Source: a virus
Taxonomy: Duplodnaviria; Caudoviricetes
Strand: one strand, 5' to 3'
Virus record (IMG/VR): IMGVR_UViG_3300017540_000016
Location: 1 to 29,442 of that record
Length of the DNA: 29,442 nucleotides
Part shown: in pieces, positions 23,755 through 29,442 of the stretch
Numbering within the stretch: position 1 is the first letter of the stretch
Layout: every line of letters starts with the position of its first letter
Notes under the pieces: model-generated
What the model saw: only the letters and a program-made list of their open reading frames with translations
What the model was told of the DNA's origin: nothing
Databases searched by the model: none
Position numbers and translations under genes: made by a program

Positions 23755-24360
23755 ATGAAATCGCTAGTTGTAGCTATCGCCTTGTTCGCTGGATTCCTTT
23801 ATAACGATGCGCAGGCAATGGGCTGCGCGCAAACGCAGCGTGAAGCGACCGCCAATAGCACTTGGGGTGGCCCGGGCTTGTGCAATGATTCGATCCAAAT
23901 CGAACCGTACAATTCCAAGAAGCATGATTTCCAACGGTGGAATGCCGATCTGTCTTGGGCCATGAATGTTGCTAGTCCTGCACGGCAACAAGAGCTGGAA
24001 AGACTGCGGTTGCAAGCCCACGCAACTTGGAATCGAGAATACAATGCGGTCCAGGCGCAAATGGAAAAGAAGGCTCGTAAAGTCAGCGCGGCTGGTTGTT
24101 CGGATGCTGTGCAAAATATGCGAGCTATTGTGCGTTGGCGTGATCGGCTTGTCGATCCGCAGGATATCATGCACCAATTCCAGAAAGAAAATCTTTCGGA
24201 GCAACAATTGCTGGTTGTAGGTCGTCAAATCTACTGGGCGTATTACCTCCGTCACCGTTCGGAATTGAACCTAGTCGAAGGTTTTCGACTTACATGCGAT
24301 ATGATGGGATCGCCTTTGAAAGCAATCGACATTCTCCTTCAACATAAGGACGAGGGATAA
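23755..24360 (+). CDS. Putative exported protein
   Basis: Signal peptide MKSLVVAIALFAGFLYNDAQA; four Cys. Confidence 0.7.
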   Translation: MKSLVVAIALFAGFLYNDAQAMGCAQTQREATANSTWGGPGLCNDSIQIEPYNSKKHDFQRWNADLSWAMNVASPARQQELERLRLQAHATWNREYNAVQAQMEKKARKVSAAGCSDAVQNMRAIVRWRDRLVDPQDIMHQFQKENLSEQQLLVVGRQIYWAYYLRHRSELNLVEGFRLTCDMMGSPLKAIDILLQHKDEG

Positions 24361-24361
24361 A

Positions 24362-24625
24362 ATGAACGTTAGTAACGACGCCCGGTATATAGTGGCACGT
24401 ACTGCAGAGATTGCGACCTTTCAAAGCCGTATTGTTTACTGGCAGACAGTGTTGCAAACAGGTGCATATAAGGACAAAAATCTCAACGTTTACGATGAGG
24501 ACACAAAGCAATACCGAGAAATGACAGATAAGGAAAAGCGGGATCACTGTCTGTCAATTGTGCTGAAGCAAATAGAGATTCTCGAAGAACTAAAGGATTT
24601 CGAGTACTCCGAACTGCGCAAGTAA
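24362..24625 (+). CDS. Hypothetical protein
   Basis: GAGGG RBS, 87 aa. Confidence 0.6.
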   Translation: MNVSNDARYIVARTAEIATFQSRIVYWQTVLQTGAYKDKNLNVYDEDTKQYREMTDKEKRDHCLSIVLKQIEILEELKDFEYSELRK

Positions 24626-24655
24626 TCTTTCTGTGTTTTGACAAGGAACAGTCAA

Positions 24656-25237
24656 ATGAAAATCATTCGTGGAGTAATTTTTGGGTTGATATTTGGTTTT
24701 GCCATTACGATGGCTGTCCAAGCAAACCTACAAGAACCAGTTAAACAAAACGCACCATACGCATATTTGTTGGAACAGCCTAAGGCTGAAAAGTTCAAGG
24801 TTGTCTTTAAGAAAGTGGAAGCAAAACCGCTTTATTCATTGGAAGACCTACATTGTCTTGCAAAGAATATATTTCATGAGGCTGGAGTAGAATCCGAAAA
24901 AGGTAAACTTGCTGTCGCACAAGTTACCCTCAATCGAGTAGACGCAGGTCGTTGGGGTAACTCAATCTGTGAAGTAGTTTATGCGAAGGCACAGTTTAGT
25001 TGGACCCTTCAAAAAGAAAAGGTGAAAGAAAAACCTAAGGGTCCTCTGTGGAAAGCCTCATTAGCAATGGCTAGGGCCGTCCTTGAAGGTCAGCGTGACG
25101 ATACCTTGTCGGATGCTTTGTTCTATTACAATCCCGACAAGGTAAATAGAACCCCTAATTGGGCGTCTGAAAAATACCGAATCGCAAAAGTCGATTCCCA
25201 CATATTCTTTACTCAAGATTTAAAGCGAGGCATGTAA
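24656..25237 (+). CDS. SleB/Hydrolase_2 family cell wall hydrolase with N-terminal membrane anchor
   Basis: CLAKNIFHEAG, AVAQVTLNRV, ICEVVY, QFSW, ALFYY, HIFF. Confidence 0.92.
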   Translation: MKIIRGVIFGLIFGFAITMAVQANLQEPVKQNAPYAYLLEQPKAEKFKVVFKKVEAKPLYSLEDLHCLAKNIFHEAGVESEKGKLAVAQVTLNRVDAGRWGNSICEVVYAKAQFSWTLQKEKVKEKPKGPLWKASLAMARAVLEGQRDDTLSDALFYYNPDKVNRTPNWASEKYRIAKVDSHIFFTQDLKRGM

Positions 25238-25238
25238 A

Positions 25239-25568
25239 ATGTCATACGAAGGTTACGAAGAATTCATTTGCAAGAATAAGCACTACTATACGGTAGATGC
25301 TATGAATTTCGTTCACGGGATCGGCACGATAAAATGTCCTCATTGCGGGGCTGATCCGAAGTTTCAATGTTCGGTAGACGTAACGAATGGATGCTATGAA
25401 GACGAACCTTGGACAATGGATGGGCCGAAAACTGAAGTAGGGTTCGAGGACATTCCCCACGAAGATCATTACGGCAACAAATATTTTACCAAGCTTGCTC
25501 ATTATGAGCCTGTCTTGAATACTGACCGCTGGGGTGAAGTTGAAACTATCCGTGAGGATGAAGACTAA
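25239..25568 (+). CDS. Zn-ribbon protein
   Basis: CKNKH...CPHCG. Confidence 0.65.
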   Translation: MSYEGYEEFICKNKHYYTVDAMNFVHGIGTIKCPHCGADPKFQCSVDVTNGCYEDEPWTMDGPKTEVGFEDIPHEDHYGNKYFTKLAHYEPVLNTDRWGEVETIREDED

Positions 25569-25658
25569 TATGAATATACTTTACAAAGTAATCAGCTCTA
25601 TCGCCGATTTGAAGTAATCAAATCAACCAAATTCCAACTACACAAGGATTCCAAAAAA

Positions 25659-26420
25659 ATGGCTACCAAAAATCGCGCTGCTCGTCTTTCCGATTTCCGC
25701 AATGGCATTACCGTGTGGGAAGTTAGCAGTACTAACGTCATACCTCGTTTGGTTATGGGGAAGCCTTTCAAGGTTCGAGGTCTAGGATATTATTCAATTG
25801 CTGTAAAGTTCCGAACTCGTTTCAACTACGGTAAAGTAGACTACGAATTTCTCGGTGATGCGGGCGTCCCGGGTTGCTCTTATGATAAAAGGCCTCCGCG
25901 CTTTCATATGTCAAAAGGCTCTGCAGAGCGAAGCATTCCTCGCCATATTGAATGGCGTGAGGCCTGGGCCAAACAAATGAAGGAAAACAGTTTGTTTGAT
26001 AGCTTCCTCGATTATGATTACGAGGAAGACGATACTGATGAGTACAATAAGAGAACAGTTTCTCGATTTAAAGAGCGCGGGACTTATAAAGCCCGCCCTC
26101 ATGAGGTACAGTTCAAGTATGAATCGGATCATAAAGAAATTCGTATTGACCTTCCCAATGAGTCAATTTATGGAAGCCTGATTAATTCCAAACGAATTCG
26201 ACTTGATTTTGTGATCGGTGATCAAACACCGGATCAGTTTGATGAACCCCGGTTCAAATTTTTGGCTTCCCATAAAGGCCAGTGGTATATTATGGATGCC
26301 AATTCCAACGCTTGGTTGAACCGGGGTCAAGAAAATAAAAAGGAATACGTCGAGCCAGTACCAGCTTCATTGCAAGAACAATTGCAATTTATCAACGTCA
26401 TCAATGATACCGACCTTTGA
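25659..26420 (+). CDS. Hypothetical two-domain protein
   Basis: AAGGA RBS, 253 aa, acidic linker DYDYEEDDTDEY. Confidence 0.7.
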   Translation: MATKNRAARLSDFRNGITVWEVSSTNVIPRLVMGKPFKVRGLGYYSIAVKFRTRFNYGKVDYEFLGDAGVPGCSYDKRPPRFHMSKGSAERSIPRHIEWREAWAKQMKENSLFDSFLDYDYEEDDTDEYNKRTVSRFKERGTYKARPHEVQFKYESDHKEIRIDLPNESIYGSLINSKRIRLDFVIGDQTPDQFDEPRFKFLASHKGQWYIMDANSNAWLNRGQENKKEYVEPVPASLQEQLQFINVINDTDL

Positions 26421-26443
26421 AATTCAATCTTAAAGGATTCCCA

Positions 26444-26587
26444 ATGAAATTCGTAATTCCTACGCTCGCAATTGCCGTGGCCGTGATCTTCAGCCAATTC
26501 GGCAAACCTCTGGAAGATAACTGCCAGAACGAATACTGCCAGGCGGTTGTCGATCAAGCAAACGCTCTGAACAAGACGCTTCAATGA
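26444..26587 (+). CDS. Small secreted or membrane peptide (47 aa, below the ORF-track cutoff)
   Basis: AAAGGA RBS; MKFVIPTLAIAVAVIFSQFGKPLEDNCQNEYCQAVVDQANALNKTLQ. Confidence 0.6.
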   Translation: MKFVIPTLAIAVAVIFSQFGKPLEDNCQNEYCQAVVDQANALNKTLQ

Positions 26588-26653
26588 AAACCTAGGCAGT
26601 GGAAGGATCACTGACCGATGGAAGGGATTAATTTCTTCACAAGAAGGGAACAA

Positions 26654-27085
26654 ATGAAACTATTACGAGCTATTGATCTATGGACCCTTGCCGTATTCCA
26701 ACATATCGTTAATCGAACACAAATACCAGGAATAAAGTATTGCCTCCAAATAGGCATCCTGGTAATGATTACTGCTGTACTTCGGCTGTTTGAACCCAAC
26801 ACCTTGGGGAATTGGGTATATGCAACTGCGTTTTGTGCCCTTGTATTAGGTATTAGTTTCTGGGCCGATGCAAAGTATGAGATTCCGGATAGCTTCTATA
26901 AGCAGCCGATGATACGGTTTGTATACTGGACATTATTGTTATTGGATGTTTTATCTGAAATTCAGAGTGTGGCCTGGTTCATCATAAACCTAAGTGCGTT
27001 ATCGTATTTCTATTTTCGATTATGCGAACCACCCAAACCGCGAAAACGTAAAGAACGGAAGGCTAAGTTGGCTTTCAATAATTAA
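26654..27085 (+). CDS. Multi-pass membrane protein
   Basis: About four hydrophobic segments and a basic C-tail PPKPRKRKERK. Confidence 0.65.
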   Translation: MKLLRAIDLWTLAVFQHIVNRTQIPGIKYCLQIGILVMITAVLRLFEPNTLGNWVYATAFCALVLGISFWADAKYEIPDSFYKQPMIRFVYWTLLLLDVLSEIQSVAWFIINLSALSYFYFRLCEPPKPRKRKERKAKLAFNN

Positions 27086-27094
27086 GGAATTGGA

Positions 27095-27613
27095 ATGAAC
27101 ATTCAAAAACGCCTGACTCAAGAAGAAGCCATAGCTTTTCTCCGTACGGTAGAAAACTATGCAAGGCAACATTCGCAGCGTTTCGGACAAGCACTTATGA
27201 ATTTGCTGGAACCTTATTTTCTGAATCCAGAAATCTTCTATGGTTCGGAAGAATACGCTACGTATTGGTTTTATCAAACCATGGTTGAACAAGGTTCAAT
27301 TTCGATGGAAGATCGAGTAGAGTTGTGCAAACTCTTCCTTCAAGACCCAGATGAAAAAGTGATGATTGACTATGAAGACTTGGCCCCAGGCAAGTGCTTC
27401 TTGCATTCGTTCTATACAATCGGGGACTCCTGGGATTGTTTAGACAAGGAGCCTCGTTGGGAACCTGTAAGGTTTTCGATTTACAGAAAACTGTCTCAGG
27501 ATTCATGTTTGCGTATTCATGGTTTCAACCATCAGGACTCTATTGGCGAGGTCTGCAACTTTGCAGAATTAATCCAACCTTTTTGTGCCAGAAATGTATT
27601 CTGGATGGATTGA
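27095..27613 (+). CDS. Hypothetical phage protein
   Basis: TAAGGA RBS; QRFGQALMNLL. Confidence 0.65.
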   Translation: MNIQKRLTQEEAIAFLRTVENYARQHSQRFGQALMNLLEPYFLNPEIFYGSEEYATYWFYQTMVEQGSISMEDRVELCKLFLQDPDEKVMIDYEDLAPGKCFLHSFYTIGDSWDCLDKEPRWEPVRFSIYRKLSQDSCLRIHGFNHQDSIGEVCNFAELIQPFCARNVFWMD

Positions 27614-27618
27614 ATACC

Positions 27619-27822
27619 ATGAGTAACTCTGCGACCGAAGCCTTTTTATTTCGAGTATGCGCTCGCTGTGGTGAATACTATGCGGCTCATAGGGCATCTG
27701 ACTCTGCTTGTCCCATTCGAGAGTTAGAACAACCGCAACGCATTACCGGGTATCAAAAGGATCGACATTTTATGGAGTGGTTTGATGAATTCGATGAAAA
27801 TTCATCTGAAGGCATGCCGTAA
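27619..27822 (+). CDS. Small Zn-finger-like protein
   Basis: ATG 27619 just after the previous stop; CARCGEYYAAH...CP. Confidence 0.55.
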   Translation: MSNSATEAFLFRVCARCGEYYAAHRASDSACPIRELEQPQRITGYQKDRHFMEWFDEFDENSSEGMP

Positions 27823-28168
27823 AGGTCGAAAATGGTTGTTCAACAACCTAGACGGGGAATGGTCTTGCATAGGTGCAAAACATCCTCTTAAAAGAGGTTA
27901 TCTAGTATTCAAGTTAGAGTCACATCCGGATTTATCCGGCGTTTCTTTGTCAGAAACATTACAAAAGAATTTCAAAATTCACGCCACTGTAAATGATAAA
28001 TGCGGTCAACGTATTTATTTCAGACAGCGTAAAACCAAGTATCCGATTAGTCTTTACATGGACGATTCTTTTCTATCTGTCACACTGTATAGTGAGTCAA
28101 ACTTTAACAAAGTTTTGTCTCAAGTGGCAGAAAATCCGAAAAGTAAAATCATGCGGCGAGGGAAATGA
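27794..28168 (+). CDS. Hypothetical protein
   Basis: ATGA coupling to the next gene. Confidence 0.5.
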   Translation: MKIHLKACRKGRKWLFNNLDGEWSCIGAKHPLKRGYLVFKLESHPDLSGVSLSETLQKNFKIHATVNDKCGQRIYFRQRKTKYPISLYMDDSFLSVTLYSESNFNKVLSQVAENPKSKIMRRGK

Positions 28169-28740
28169 TGCAATCAAACTTGATTACAAAGCTTCAACTT
28201 TGGTTCCGGCAGAGAAGGCTTCGCAGGCAGCAAACCAGTGCCCGAGAGAAGTTGAACCTACAGTTGTTCAATTACCATCCGGATTGGTTGGAGGAGCTAC
28301 CAACAGAACTCGGTATACGCCATACTGTACAGAAAGCAGTTTCTGGTTTCCGAGATTTGGATGGCCCTGACTTTCAACATACGGTCATAGGAACACTGAT
28401 TAACTACCTGCATCTAAATTTACCTATGCCGAGGCTTTGTGATTGGGAAAACTTATTCTCGGGCATGCAGTACCAAGGTCCAGTTGTGTTAATGACCCCT
28501 TATATTAAGGCATTGGTTGTTGACAATTGGTTTACGACCGTATATCCAGCCGAATTTTTGGGTGTGATTCACAGTTTATCGCATGAACATTGCCGAAAGA
28601 AATATTTGGTTTCATCCAATTCAGGAGCAGTTGGTTGGAGCACTCGAAATCCTAGGGTGCAAATTTGTCTGTTTAATGTTCGCAATCATGCAATAATTGC
28701 CCAGGCCAAAGGTCGAATTCAGCGGCCTGCTTCTAATTAA
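28165..28740 (+). CDS. Hypothetical protein
   Basis: 191-aa ORF continuing the array. Confidence 0.6.
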   Translation: MMQSNLITKLQLWFRQRRLRRQQTSAREKLNLQLFNYHPDWLEELPTELGIRHTVQKAVSGFRDLDGPDFQHTVIGTLINYLHLNLPMPRLCDWENLFSGMQYQGPVVLMTPYIKALVVDNWFTTVYPAEFLGVIHSLSHEHCRKKYLVSSNSGAVGWSTRNPRVQICLFNVRNHAIIAQAKGRIQRPASN

Positions 28741-28750
28741 AGAGTTAAAA

Positions 28751-29335
28751 ATGCCTATCTTGGTTAGGATTTCAAAGAACGTAGAAAAGGTTGGATCGTA
28801 TTGCTTAATAGGTACTGAAACCGAACCTGTGGTAGTCTATGAAGTCCACCAAGGTTTGGTTCTCTGGCTTAAACCAGATTCTGAATTCTATATGAAAGCC
28901 GGATACTGGTGTGAGAAAGAATCTTGTATCAAATACCGTTCAGCGTACATTGGGTCTTCAGTTGACGCAAATTCTGAAATTCGGACAAAGGCTGAACGGT
29001 ATAAGGACTACCAAATTAGAAAGCGTAAAGTAATGTATGAACGGACACGTAGGCTCAAATATAGGGCGTTACGTGACCGTTACAGGTTAACCAACCAACA
29101 GTACTCAAACCTTTCAAAAGCAGGATTTACCCATTCTGAATGGATAGTTATCCAACAACTATTACAAACGAAGGAATTCAAAAATGCGTATCGTAAAGAA
29201 GCTGCTGGCCACCTTAGGGACTGGCTTGAGTGGCCTAGGACGCCGACACCATTCACCGATTACCAATGGCGTCGACTCGGACGAGAAACCATTGATAAAA
29301 CGGTTCGTTCTAAAACCGAGCTACGTACGGTCTAA
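28751..29335 (+). CDS. Hypothetical basic protein
   Basis: ATG 28751, 10 nt after the previous stop. Confidence 0.6.
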   Translation: MPILVRISKNVEKVGSYCLIGTETEPVVVYEVHQGLVLWLKPDSEFYMKAGYWCEKESCIKYRSAYIGSSVDANSEIRTKAERYKDYQIRKRKVMYERTRRLKYRALRDRYRLTNQQYSNLSKAGFTHSEWIVIQQLLQTKEFKNAYRKEAAGHLRDWLEWPRTPTPFTDYQWRRLGRETIDKTVRSKTELRTV

Positions 29336-29442
29336 AACCGATAATGATTTCCACTACATAGGCTCAAGATGCCTTCTTGAATGCTACGGTGTAAAACAGT
29401 CTGCTGTGGTAAATGTAAATTCTTTACCATTTTCTGTGTTGG

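Noticed and set aside
27394-27618. 5' extension of the 27394-27822 ORF
   Set aside because: It overlaps 27095-27613 by over 200 nt; ATG 27619 is the more plausible start.

Overview
This window is a gene-dense segment of a large (jumbo-type) tailed dsDNA phage genome, with every supported gene on the + strand. It holds the 3' end of a terminase large subunit, an SbcD/Mre11-like nuclease, and two blocks of small accessory genes that each start at a sigma70-type promoter (2712 and 22731). It also has three tRNAs (Ile2/Met-CAT, Arg-TCT, Leu-TAA), thioredoxin, an acyl carrier protein, a J-domain protein, HNH, Nudix and SleB-like hydrolase genes. A two-subunit type IIA topoisomerase lacking the C-terminal pinwheel is flanked by three Lys-rich histone-H1-like genes. 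The main leads are: (1) a candidate phage chromatin/nucleoid module, in which two H1-like genes share an identical 20-bp promoter and similar terminators; (2) a TCGTAAATA motif in at least 9 copies plus a divergent sigma-factor-like ORF that could read it; (3) a TGTTG-N8-CAACA palindrome ahead of three extended -10 promoters; (4) an Acb1/T4-57B-like 2H protein with both catalytic motifs altered; (5) orphan antitoxin-like domains. All family assignments come from motif recognition by eye; no searches were run.
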